Position numbers and translations under genes: made by a program. 52,586 bases of DNA, taken from positions 1-52,586 of the forward strand of contig JYFJ02005392.1 in NCBI GenBank assembly GCA_000934665.2, read 5' to 3'. The DNA is from Catajapyx aquilonaris. Its lineage: Eukaryota. The notes below the pieces were generated by a model. That model saw nothing but the letters and a program-made list of their open reading frames with translations. It had not been told where the DNA came from and did no database searches. Positions within the stretch are counted from its first letter, which is position 1, and each line of letters starts with the position of its first letter. Of this stretch, positions 26,661 to 39,900 are shown piece after piece.

Positions 26661-27347
26661 CGCATGGAGTATGTCTGAAGATTGTTCAGTTGCTATTTAT
26701 TTTGGAGAAAAAGTGTGCGTATTGAGAGAATTATATTACAGTATATTTGACATGAGCGCGTGTTTCTTTTCTTTCGATGCCAAATGCTTCCGGATGGCAC
26801 TGATGAACTGCAGAAGAAAGCGACTAAAGGTAAATTTGCTATACAGATCAACAAAATCGCATTTTGGTGTGTCCCACCTGCAGTTTTATCTCGTGAGTAC
26901 ATTATCTCGTTGGCTGATTGGCTCTGATCCGAGGCACTATAACGTTCATCCGAAGTAACTTTCCGCGTTGCATGCTGGGGTGTAATTTTAAATCGTGACA
27001 GTTCTTTTAAGATGGTAACTAAAGGGATTAATTTTAATTGCAATAATCCACTTTAAATTTACATAAAACTAGGATGAGATTTGCATGACGGCTGATTAAT
27101 TATTTGCTTCGTAATGCAATATTGCGTGGAATAAGTTTGTTCATATCGAGTAATTGAAGTACTGTACAGTGACAGTGCCGAGGTCAAATATTTCGTAGCA
27201 GTGGCAAAATTGAATCGACGTGACTGAATTGAGACCTGGGGTGATTTTTATTCAATATTTCGTCGAAAACGCAATAGGGCGTGGAACATATCGTGTAAAA
27301 ATTATATATCAAAAATTACCGTGTGTTGAGATCAAAATAAGAGTATA

Positions 27348-27552
27348 CAGTTGAATTATCCAATCGCAAATTTCGCCCGAAGTTGTTCTTTTGTGTATCA
27401 TTTTGTGCCCCGATCGAGGCGCCCAATTATGTAGCAGCTGCTATATTCGACCACACCTGAGAATAAATGGGCACTTCCATCGGGGCTCAAAAACCTGCCC
27501 AAAAATAACAGCTTCGAGCGACATGCGATAACTAAAAACGACGCTGACACTG
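27348..27552. mobile_element. Degenerate foldback MITE, TA-flanked
   Basis: tatacagt/actgtata ends; mirrored blocks atcgca..cgaag, gccccgat/atcggggc, gcccaattat/ataaatgggc. Confidence 0.7.
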
Positions 27553-30500
27553 TATATATAAAGTTATAAACTATGACCTAATTATTTCATCTCTACTTAC
27601 AAGTCTGAACAAAAAGAATTATATAAGTTAGCTAGGTACTTATTACGTACTTGCAGCCTGTGAATAATTCAGCACTGTAATTAATTTAAACTTCCAGTCA
27701 TTAATTTTCCAAGCGTAATAATGCGTCAATAATCATGTCCCGGGCACGTCCCTTTGGATTCGCTGGAGCGGAGGAATGAGCGGGGGAGAAACGAACCCGA
27801 ATTGTAATCCATCCCCTGCTTTGGTGCGCACGAATAACGTTGTCATTTTATACAAATTCCAGATGCAGGTTAATGGCGAGGTTGAAGCTATGTCACAATA
27901 CGTGTATAGTAAATACCTGTTGATTTCCCCCCCCTCCCCCCCTNCCCCCCGGATTAAATAGCGATGAATGGGTCAACTATACATTGATCGCATTTTCTCT
28001 CGTGTTAATGGTACCGGTATCTTAATGTTCAAAATATTTTTAAAATATGCGGTTTTCAAAATGTTGTTCACTCTATTACTCGTTCGACGACATATTGAAA
28101 TTTTTCTGGAGCAATATTTGCGGAGATAAACGTTCATGATTTTTCTATCATATTTATTGTGATGCTTTGCATGAATATTGTTGGGCTTGGTAAGCGACAG
28201 GATATGGAGCGTTTAGGTTTACTTTGACAATTTTATGTGAAAATTTTATTAAAGACGTGAACGATGTTGCAATCTGTGTATCTTTCGGGAATCATTCCCA
28301 CAACATTATTTTTAGCACGAGGCAAAGTGATGAGTTCTGGTTAGCTCCATGTATTTAAATTCACACGCAAATTGCACTGCCGATGATTTTGACATTTGGA
28401 AAAATCTCGTATACGTAGACAAAAGAAGTCAACGGTGTTCTGGTTTCAATACAGGGAAATTGTGGAATTGACGAATATCGCAGCATCGAGTCTTAAATTA
28501 TCATGTAATGGAGTGATCCATAGAATGTATTATAACAGTCATAAAATATTGGACTCGGCGATCCAGGTATAAGATTTGTTTCCAGCATTCAACGTCATCG
28601 GAGCAGGTAAGTGCATGAAAATCAGCTTGGTTGAGACGGTTGGGGGCGGGCGGCGGGTGCAGGGAAAGGATCACTTTTGCTCGCTTCCCTCCCCTAACTT
28701 GTAAGTCGTAAATGAACAGGAACAATGATTGTATTCAATACAGCGCGATATTATCAGGGATTCAGTTCCTTGGCGCCAGCTCAAGGTTCTGAAAAATAAA
28801 AATGCCACGCCCCACCAAACACTGATCATTGGCTTGAGTGTACGGACTTTTCAGGTCGTGAAAAGGTTCACAAACATCCTTTTGACTCTGGTTGTACCAG
28901 GTATGGGTTACTGCTTCTTACAGAACCGCGTCCAATAATGTTATTAAAACTACATCAATTTAATGGTTATAAGTTTCCATAAATACAATAACGTAGCAGC
29001 CAATCGATAAAGGCTCGCCAACTACCAAGGCTAAACAAGGATGAAGTATAAGGTATCCCATGACTTCCAAGAACGATTTATAAAGACCGCCGGACTCGTT
29101 CGTAAGAAAGGAAGGAATATTCAGAAATATCCCATTTCACGTCGTGGATGACTAAATCTTTTTGTCCAGGTTGTTGGGGGAAGAAAGACGAAGATATGTA
29201 GAGAGAGAAAACTGACAACATGTTATGATGGGCACCGATGATGGGCACCGTTGATAAAGACTGGATCAATAGTAGATCCTGTAGAATCTGGTGATTGGAA
29301 TGAGGGGTTATTGTTCATTCTAATTTTTCCGCAAACACGGACTATACGGACTACTCGATTTTCTATGAATGCCTAGCATTGCCTCCGGACTACCCCGGAA
29401 ATGACTGTACAGTAGTACACCGGACAATCTTATAAATAAATAATAAATTATCGTGATTGAGTAGTCTAGATACAGCTAGTTTCGACACAGTTCATAATAA
29501 TCTTATTTGCGATTGTGGAATGTATACTATTGCTATATGTACGACTATTTTCTAGGCAATATATTTATTCTCAGGTGTAAGCCTTGTATAATTAGTAATA
29601 CTTCAAGCAACCAGATGATGCTAATAAGTGAATTAAATCATTCGTTTAGATTCAAGGCGCAGTTTGGTGTTCATTTGTCATCACCGGCCATTAGTGAAAC
29701 CCCTCAAAGCATAAGCCGCAATCCATCTAATACTGGATGATTAATTTGCTTGTAATAAGGCGGAATAAACATGTAGGACATACGGTAACGTCAACATATT
29801 CGCGCATCATTATGTTTCCTAAATCCTTCCCAGAAATGAATTTGAACACTCTGTCTTCTTCTAATGATTTCTTAACCCGCCTTTCTCCTCTTCCTCTTCC
29901 TTCTGGTCTTAATTTCCTACATCATTTTTCACTGTTCCCCATCGACAATGGTCGCAGCGAAAAACAATATATGGATGAAGTAGTCTATAACTTTCATGCG
30001 ACCCTAAAAAATATATTCACAGACATCAAACTCTTCCGTCTCGATAAAATTACCCTGTTCCTGCCCGCCCCCAATGATGTGAATGACCTGTGAGATGGAG
30101 GGTTAAGGGACATTGGATTAATCCGAAACCCAATCAGTTCAGAGTATTAGTGCTATTTTTTGAATGAATACGTGATTACGATGTGAAGCAGGGTTTGATT
30201 GATACTGACCCAGTGCAATGATGCCAAAAGGGGTAATTTGTATATTCAGGAGTGGTCTGGATACACTATACACAGCGACGCTTTGAAGTCGAGGTAGTAT
30301 TTTTAGGGGTGAGACGACAAAGGTTTAGCGTAATTACGGTTGCTTCTTCGTAAATATTGCTTATGTCAGCCTGGTTTGCCTCGGGTATCAGGAAGTTGTT
30401 ATTTGATGTTATAGCTAGGCAATACCAATTCCGATGCACTTCCTTATACTTCATCTACATTTACGTAAACACGATGAACCTGATATATTATACTTGGCGA

Positions 30501-31298
30501 AGTTCAGAGTGCCACAGCTGACAGTATATGGTTTAACTTGTAAGATTAGTTTAACTCGCCCTTCAAGAGGCTAGTAATTTTTATATTTCCGTGCAATCTA
30601 AATGCCATATTTTCAAGAGCTCTCGATTCGTAATTACACCATCTTATACGTGAGCTTCATGTCATTCATGTAACTTATACAAGTATCAATGGAATAGTCT
30701 TGCATGACTAGCAGGCACCGTGACTATTAATTATTAAATGTGACTTCTTGATACGGTATGGATGGAGTCGGATGGCACGCTATAGTTTATATAGACATCT
30801 TGTGAATTACTAGAAATATTGTGTATTAAGAAAGCAGGGAATGTTCGCATCCCGAGTGAGCCACTCTATAGTTCCTCAATAACACAGAAATATAGGCTAT
30901 TAAAAGTAGTTTTTTGATATAAAATAAGGAAATAAAATCTGGGTTATTTGTGTTATGAGCTATCAGTTCCTCAATTAACCGTAAATTGCCTATTATTTAG
31001 CATAGTTTATATGTAATCACTATCATTAGGTTTTATCTTATTATAGTGCTAAACATATATTTTGATGTTAGAGAACACTAATACATTGGAATCGTAATCT
31101 GTTTCCTAGAGACAAGGCAGTACAGCAAAAGTTATGCATTAGATATTCCTAACAGTTAGACTACTTTCCAACACTGTTAAGTCACTCATTACAATTCTTC
31201 CTCATCCTTATGGAATATATGTGCTGTCATCTCTGCAAATAATTAATCATTCTTTATTTTCATTACAATTTTTATCTGGATATAGGTCTGTGATTATA

Positions 31299-31876
31299 CG
31301 AGGGCCGTAGTAAAATGATTTGAAATTTATTTATTTTTGCTACAAATACAGCGACCGTACAGGTCGCAGATAGGCGCAAATTATCGATAGAATCCGCCTG
31401 GAGCCAATATACACAGGAGTCATGGGTATGGCAACCTCTCCAGACCCTCCAGGAACCACTTTTTGGCAGTGAGGTGCACCCACTCTCGGACAACTGCGCG
31501 CAGTCAGCAATGTCCTCGATATGGCGTCGGCGAAGGGTTTTTTTTTCATGTCCCTGAACAGGTGAAAGTCACAGAGGGCCAGATCGGAGGAATACGGCGG
31601 GTGTGAAAGCACCCAAAGCCAGATCCAGGGGGAAAAAACTCTTCGCTGACGCCATTTCGAGGACATTGTTGACTGTCCGCAGTTGTCCGGGAGTGGGTGT
31701 GCCACACCACCAAAAAGTGGTTCCTGGCGGGCCTGGAGACGTTGACACACCTGTGGTGGTATAGTGCATCCGGCAGGAGGCATGACTATCTGCCGACCTG
31801 TATGGGCACTGTATTTGTGGCAAAAAAAAACAAAAAACAAAAACAGAAGTTGTAGATCATTTTAGTACGGCCCTCG
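31299..31876. mobile_element. mariner-derived MITE with a transposase C-terminal remnant
   Basis: TA-cgagggccgtagtaaaatgat and atcattttagtacggccctcg-TA; - strand reads HPPYSSDLALCDFHLF (mariner YSPDLAPxDF motif). Confidence 0.92.
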
Positions 31877-32455
31877 TACATAAACCATTAATAGGACTAA
31901 GCATTAGTACCGACTGGATTAGCTACAGTATAATGGTCAGTCTGTAAGAGAGAAAATGATATAATCTTATCCTATAATTATAATACAGGGTGTTTCTTAC
32001 TATAACTGCGAAAGAGGCGACATTGCAAAATCCCAACAGTAATGATGATCACCATGATCATATCCTGTACCCTAGGCAACCACAACAAGGCGAACTGGTC
32101 CATCCGTCAGGCATTCGCCCTATACAAAAAGGTGTGGTGTGTGTTGCCTCGTGTGTCTAGTAGCACTCCAATATGTGTCGTCGTCTACGTTTTTACCGGT
32201 TGGTCCTTCGACATTTCTCACCGAATGTTTTTTGACTTGTTTTGTGCCAACGATTACGCTGGTAACGCAGGATCCACCACTCTCTGAATATCAGTATACT
32301 CAACAACATATCCCTGGTCTGTAACATATAATTTTAGGGTTATTTTATTGCCAAGCCTGGTCATTCCTATACTGCTCTTTTCAGGAATCAATTAAGACAG
32401 TATGTTCATCACAAGTAATGCAGAAAATTTATCCCCATGATCTATTGCCCCGGTG

Positions 32456-32499
32456 TAAAAACTGGCACCAATAGGCATAAAAACTGGCACCAATAGGCA
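32456..32499. repeat. Perfect 22-bp tandem duplication
   Basis: taaaaactggcaccaataggca x2. Confidence 0.9.
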
Positions 32500-33889
32500 T
32501 CTGTCAACATGACGTGTCTGCCTATACTCGTGCACAAAAACATTGCAATTAGTGAACATCGCACTACCACATTTTGCACAAAAAAGTTCAGTAATTGACA
32601 GTAAAGTGACCCAGTAAAGCAAGAGCCCAAGGCCACATGGGTTTTCTACCCTGGGCTTTGGCCCTTGTTATTTTGGACCATACATATGGGGCAGTGATGC
32701 ACTTAATTATCAATTGTGACTGAAAATGCATAATGAGCAGCGGTTGTAAGCCTTAGCGTGTACTCTAACAATACTGGACACAACAGGTGTAAGCCATTAT
32801 CCAAAGCATTCACTTGGCAGTACGTTATTTTTAGAGGGAAAAAATGGTAGAATTTATACATGCTGTTGCATGGCCGACTTTTCTGGCCTAAAATAAATCA
32901 CTACTAAAGTCAGGTACCAGTTACTCATGTTTTGTTTTATTATTACAAACCCAAATTTTCGACTAGTATAGAGTAGCATATTATTTCTACCCACTTTAAA
33001 CTCTAAATTGCCTCGGAGGTGCGTGTTATACAAAGTGTTTAGTATTTAGCTTGTCGATTTTTATTTCACGTGTGGTATAATGTGTATTGATAGAGAAAAG
33101 GTTACGACACTTCCGGGTCTGTGGTTGCTCCTTGAGGAGATGAGATTGGTTAGCCGTAACAGTTACGGATATTTAATCCTTGATTGGGTCGGGCAGCGTA
33201 GGGATCCCGAGGTTCAGGCCCTGTTTTTTTATATAGTATATACCGGTACGTCTGGGATGCAGGCACGCGCTATGAACGAAGTGGGCTTTTCCTACAGACT
33301 TTAGCTAGTACGTATACGTATAATTGCGACAGACGTACACTTCGCTGTACTACATTCCTGGCATCCGCGCTATTCTTCAAGGTCTATGCTACACCAGTCA
33401 GGAATGGCGCAATAATTTTATTTGCGTAATATGCGGAAGAAAAATATAATCTTGAAAACGTGTACACGCTCCAAACATATTCAGTAGTACGTAAAAAACG
33501 GCTAACAACTTCGTGGTTGATAAATCCTAATATTATACAGGATCTATACGTAACACCGCGACTTGTATACTTGTCAAGTATACAAGTTCCCTATTCAAGC
33601 TCGCGATGACCAACATCACAACTCCGCCACAAAGATTCGTCAGCATTGCCTAAGATATGGTAAAAGCGATGAGGTCGACCAATATTTAGATCAGTGTAGA
33701 TGACAATTTCGCCAGCGTCATAACTCTGTGGTAACACTGTGTAGCGCAATTAGAGTTTCGAAATCCCAACGGCACAATATGGGTGTGCTAATTGATGGTG
33801 GAAGGAGTGCAGAAAGTATTCTGTGTAAATATGTGGCTTTAGATTCAGCGCTTTTCACTTGATTTATCGACAGGAGCGCAGGATAAGCC

Positions 33890-33973
33890 ATGACCAAGCA
33901 CTTCGAGTTCAACTGGCGCGTTCCGGTGCCTGAGCCTCTCCTGCAGGGATGTGTCTTCGATCGCTGGACCGAG
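33890..33973 (+). CDS. norpA: PLC-beta coding exon 1 ([28 protein letters not shown])
   Basis: gccATG start; acceptor cag at 33871-33873 upstream; donor gtgag at 33974. Confidence 0.93.
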
Positions 33974-36900
33974 GTGAGATATAACCATTCTCTGAGGACA
34001 TAGGAAGGGCACAATTTACATAAGTCTGGTCTCTTTGTCCCAACGCTACCAGGATAATAAAGATGCGTTTGATCTGGAGATCAACTGTCTCTTCCGAGTG
34101 GACGAGTACGGATTTTTCATCTACTGGAAAGGCGAAGGAAGGGTAAGGTTTCTATCCTTGGCTTACTGACTTATTCCCTTTTTAGCATTCTTAAGTGGGT
34201 TGGGTCCCATGATAATACATTGACCTGACAGCCAATCTCGGAAGCGTGTTTGCTAGTGGCCTGAGCTATATAGTCAAATTCGTTCCACTCGCAAGTAAAT
34301 TCAGGGAGTGCTAAAATGGGTCACCAATTAATGTCACTGCCAGCCTCATCGATCCCAAATGATCCGCCTTAATAATTGCATTGCACATCTAATCCGTGTC
34401 GCGGTCGTTGAATGTCACCGTCCATTGATGAAATGATATCATCTCTACCCGGGCGGCTAATTGAAGCTTATGTGACATGTCCGTTTGTATCGTGCAATAT
34501 GTGTACAGTACGAAGGTGCTGAGAGGCCCAAATCAACGGGTGGAAGCTGAATTAAAATTCAACTTTATTTAGTTAATCCCATTGTTCCATCTGACCTAAT
34601 TCGGCTACGAGATTTACACGGAATTGGGTCAAGACTATTAGACTATATAGGTTATGTGTTGATGCAAATGCGGCTTTTATAGAGTCACTCACACCCGACC
34701 TGCAGTGTAACCGCACCTAATTTTGCCATACCCTTTGGGACGTGTTTCATATATAGCCTATAAGCTTGGAAATGCAAGTTGCCTTGGTATAGTCCAACCA
34801 CGCATAGCAACCTGCTTCTCCCGAGCAATCCGCTTACGAGCTTTCAATTAGACCCTGTCGCGCTCTATCACCTCTCCCTTTCATGTCTCGTAAGTGATCA
34901 TGATCCCTTTTATCTCATAGGATGGAGACGTACTGGAGCTTTGCCAGGTCAGCGATATACGAGCCGGCGGTTTGCCTAAGGTGAGAATGTCTGCCAGCAT
35001 AATAATGATAAACCATATCATGTCATCAGGTACCTCACCCTGTCAAATAAACATGCCCTCCTTATTTTGAGTCGCGCCATTTTTGTTGTTGTTGTTTAAA
35101 ATATTTTCTCCGGTTAGGATCCACGTCTTTTGGCTCAGCTGATGGCTAAGAATGGGGACAATGTGGAGGAACGAAGTCTGACAATCTGCAGCGGCACAGA
35201 TCTAGTCAACGTCAACTATCAACACGTGGTATGTCCCGACTCGAACACGGCTAAGGTGAGTCTGCTTGTGTTGCTCCAGTTTCTCGAGTTGAAAAAAAAT
35301 GTGCCAGACGAGGCATGTTAGGGACCAAAATAATGCCATTGCAGTTTTTTTTCTCATCCTGTTCAAAACATAGATGGTACTACACATAGGCTTGTATGGA
35401 ACGCTGTGTGTGGCCTGTCCCTTGAGATGGCGTTGGAGAAGTTGAGTGGTGCGGCCACATTTTATTGACTCAATAAGGCGGCCTCTTTTGCATGGATGCC
35501 AACGTAGGCCACACTGCGTTCACTTTGGTCTGTTGACAAAACTAGGTGTGTTATTGGGCTTTGTTGGGCACTTTGAAGTGTGCCAGTAGGTTTTCAAAAC
35601 ATTAGGAATTTTAATTAAGAGCAAAGCGTTTTCATTGTGTGGAGTGAAATGGTAACAGCGAATTGCATTGTGTTTCTGGTACCTCCCTTTACTGCCAATA
35701 ACTAGCACTTCGTAATCCAAGGGCGTACGGCCTGATGAAGATGACGCCTTTTTCCCGGTTATGAAACCTTTGTGTGCTGGCAGTCATGCTATCAGAAACA
35801 GTAGTTCACACTGTGTGTTGTCTCAAAATGTAGACTTTAAGATAATATATTATTGCTACAAGGTGCAATAGGAAATAACTAGGAAATTAAAATATTTTTC
35901 TTGTCGATATCAGTGAGCATTTTAGAGTAAAAACCAACCGTTAACATTCATGTCGGCAATGCCATATTATTAATGATACCTTATGTGCTGCCTTTTCGAA
36001 ATGAGCCGCTTTTACAGAGTTGACAGATCTGGTACTGGCAATATCACTGTACAACTCCTAAAAAATTTATATATTGGGATGCCATGGATTCAAAAACTTG
36101 ATTTTACGTTATCTCAATACGGTTACAATTTACTACTAAAGCAGCAATACAATGATGTTGACTGGGATATTAATGAGCACCACCATACCTTTGCATTCAT
36201 TGCAACTTTGGCAGTAAAGTAATACCCGAGGGGGAAAAATTAAGTACACGGCTTATTACAGTATATCTGGCTCACTATAGGGTAGTAGAAAATTAATAAG
36301 CCCTCTCATAACTGCAGAGGCGGGGATTTTATTTCATATCATCTAGAGTCTCGCTCGCATTGTGACAGCCCAAGTTGGTAACGACCTAGTTATTCAGTGA
36401 TGAACAACAGCCTGGCCTAATTGCTCTCTGCTATATTTTGCTCCTACATACAATCGCGCTTTGTACACAAGCTTCAACTCCTAATTCAACATTTATTCAA
36501 TGCCGGCTAAAAAAATAATTATGACGAGAAAAAAATAGAATTCGGATGTTATGGATATTATACGAGATAGGAGAATAGAATCATGTCAGGTCTCATACAA
36601 GCAACAGCATTGAACCCCTGCTTGTTATAGGACGTCCCCACGTAACCTTCCACAATGAGCCCTGTAATAAGTCACTCGCGTGACAATCGGATAACGAGAT
36701 ATAATGAGCCAAATATTTATTGTATAGGCTACTGAGCTCATTTCATGGAGTCACATAAGCTGCTGACACCGAGTAGATGGAGACGTTTCAAGGTTACAGT
36801 CGCTCTCTCGTTCCTGAGAGTGATACTTTATCTGGAACATTGCGGATATCCGCCGGCTTTTCCAGCTGCCCTCGTTGATTACTTCTAGGAGTGGGTGTTG

Positions 36901-39900
36901 TACGGTGCAGTAGGTACAATCATGCAGGGCAATGTAAAAAAAATGGTGCAAACACACCTCGATAGGTCATTGTCCAGTCCTAATATGTTTCATCACAGGA
37001 AGGATATTCAGGATAATAATCCATGGTGTTTCGCCAAATTGCCGGAATACGAGTAATTAAGTAACAATTTGACAAACCTAAGGAATAGGTATGCAAGCAG
37101 CCAATCAATAGTTGGGAGGGGGGGGGGGGGGTTTGAGAAGGTGTAACATTGGTATTCGCCTCTCCCGACTACGCCCCGTTAGTTGCATACATTGAAGGTA
37201 TTATTCCAACGTAAACGGCTCACGCAGAATTGGGTTCGCTCAGGCTTGAAAAGAATATCTCGATATTTTCAACCTCACTGTTGGCACGAGCCAACGATGC
37301 ATACAAACATAATCATCCGGTTTGCTATCCTTTCCTAACCCATATGCTCGGTATGGCAGGTTTTATCGTGATCAGTTTACACACCAGATGCTTACAGTAT
37401 ACTATAGGGTTGATTGCACAATCGGAATCGAAATGATGCTTCTGTATAAACATCCACTGAAAACCCGACATCCTATCAGTGATGCTTTAGGCTAATTGAA
37501 AGTTTTGATACGTACACTCTTTTAAGGCCAAAATCAAATTAGGGAAAACCTCCGATTACATATAGACATTCACAATATAATCAGATATTTTGCTCCTTAA
37601 TTTGATGTGCAAAATGCGTATCCCTTGCCAAAATGAATACCTGTATCATACCAGTCTACGTATACAGGATTATGATTCTTCCTTACCCAGTGCGCCTTTC
37701 ATATTTCAAGACACTCAGCCCTTCCACAGGGTTGCCAGTAATTCCCGAGGAATACGCACCTAGAGCGATCGATTGGCCTGTTGCAATACTAAAATGCTGT
37801 ATACTTTCTATCACTTTGACAGGCGGAGATGTCTTCCAAGTGAACTCCATAGGAGATATCCTACTTGTTAGGCTACCCGGGAACCACCTGTGATAGGCTA
37901 CTTGTCTAGCCAGAAGTGGGGCTATTCTCAGTAGAATTCACAGTGGAATGCCACCCAAACTTAATTGCCGGAGAGTCTATATAGGACGCTTTCCAGCCAA
38001 AAGTGATGCCGTAGGGTATTTTGGTCTTGCAATAGGTCAAGGAATCGCCTGCCTGCCCATTACGCGGTAGTCACTCATTGTCCTGAATAAATGTCATGAC
38101 GCTATAAAAATCTCTCATTATGCAATCGTCTACTCAACAAATGGAAATAAGTATACGCCAGTGTTGAACGACACAAAAATTTCATTACATTTTTGAATAT
38201 GGCAAATGTGCTACTTCTCATAACTGTGTAGCCTGTAGTTGGCATGGCTCCAGACGCAATATTCTGGGAGCAGCTGGGATGTAAGGCTTCTATAAAATGT
38301 TGCATAACACAGCCCCAGTTCTATTTGTCAGAAGAATTTATAGGAAGACTGGCACTAATGTGTTCGTCAGACAGCCACCACCTTCCAGATTCCCTACTGT
38401 GAAGGAACTTGCAATAGACATGCCATCAAGTTGTGTAGAGATAGATTTTTTTACATTATGTACCTCATTATAATAGCCTACTTATAGGCCTACAGCCTCC
38501 TCTATATAGGTTTTTTTCTACATTTGATGGCCAAACTGCACTACTTGGGTGTTCGAAATGAGAGAGGGAAGCGACTGTGGCCTCAGCTGCGCCATATTGA
38601 TTCGAAACTTTCTCCTAATTTTCCAAGGAAATCGGGTTAACCTGTAATGAGGCTCGAACTCTGGACCCCCAAAATGAAAGCCGTCTCATGTCGGCACAAA
38701 GAGTTCAGACCACTCTTACCTTATAATCATAGCTGAACTTATATATCAATATCCAATTAACTGAAGTACTTGCTATATAGTATAATGTTTGGCGAAGTTA
38801 TACTGCATGTAGCTACTTATAGTTCCCGAGTCTTTCTGATCAATATCTTAATACAGCATGATCCTGTTAGGTAGTTTAATAGGCTTATGGTATTAGTCAA
38901 TTTCAAATAAAATACAAACAGAGCAGCAGTTACTATAGCATTATCGACATATTACTTACACGAAAGTACTGTACTGTGAAGAACGGGATACGCCTCCTGA
39001 GCTGTAGATTATACCTATATTTTACCTGCAATGAAACGCCGGCCACTAATAATATTAGTACATTTCAAAAGTAAGTTCGTTTGGCCGAAGATATTTTAAA
39101 TAAATTTTCTCAAAAGTCAACATGGCCTCACTGTGGCGGATATCTTTAGCTATATACCACTGTACACAAACATCAGATTTTGTGGGCATCTGTCGAACAC
39201 TCTCGCCACCAATGTGTTCTTTCGTCTCTTGGTCACTTCCTAGAGGCTGTCACGTGACAAAGTTTTTCTCTTGGTGGCTTTAACAGTTGAACAGGGAAAT
39301 TTTTGAACACCCAGACCATGGTCCAGATCTTTCAATCACGTTTTTGCCACCTGCATAAAAATTTCGGCAGCAGAAAAGGAGTGATTAAGAGACGAAAAGA
39401 AAGGATTTGGCGGCGAGAATGCTCGACACCACAGCTTGAATAATCCCTTTGATAGATGTATGGTTTTTGTGCAGTGGTAGGTAAAGATCTGTGAATTCAT
39501 ACTGCTACGTTGAGTTTTGGAAAAATTCTTCTGAAACCTTTCACGGCCGAGCGGTACTTATTTCTGGAATAATGTAATATCTTGCCAGGTTTCCCAAGTT
39601 CAATCCGCTACGAACTTTTCAGGCGGAAAGGTCACTTCTCCTTTTAGTTGCGATATATGGCTAAAGCTCTATCGTGCTCCAATATACTGTAGGCAATGAA
39701 TTTTCTTCCTGCTGAAAATAGAATTAGGAGCGTCAGGGCCAAGGTCGAAATTTTCAAGTAAACAACAAAACTACGCAGACCACTGACAAGTCGACTGCAG
39801 TAGAGCTTTTAGAGTGGAAAATAATATCACAGAAAGCAAAAATGAAATCACATTTTTGACCTTTCTTAAATAATGACACAAAGTGTGCTTTTCAGAAGTA

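Noticed and set aside
31340..31840. 166-aa ORF as a functional transposase
   Set aside because: Only a short YSPDL-type fragment is in frame. The rest is frameshifted or inverted sequence with no DNA-binding domain.
37228..37310. Possible third copy of exon 5 (cag then [11 protein letters not shown]...)
   Set aside because: Only W and GL(K/R)(R/K)I resemble 5a/5b. The HN..NxxP core is missing and there is no GT donor at the expected distance.
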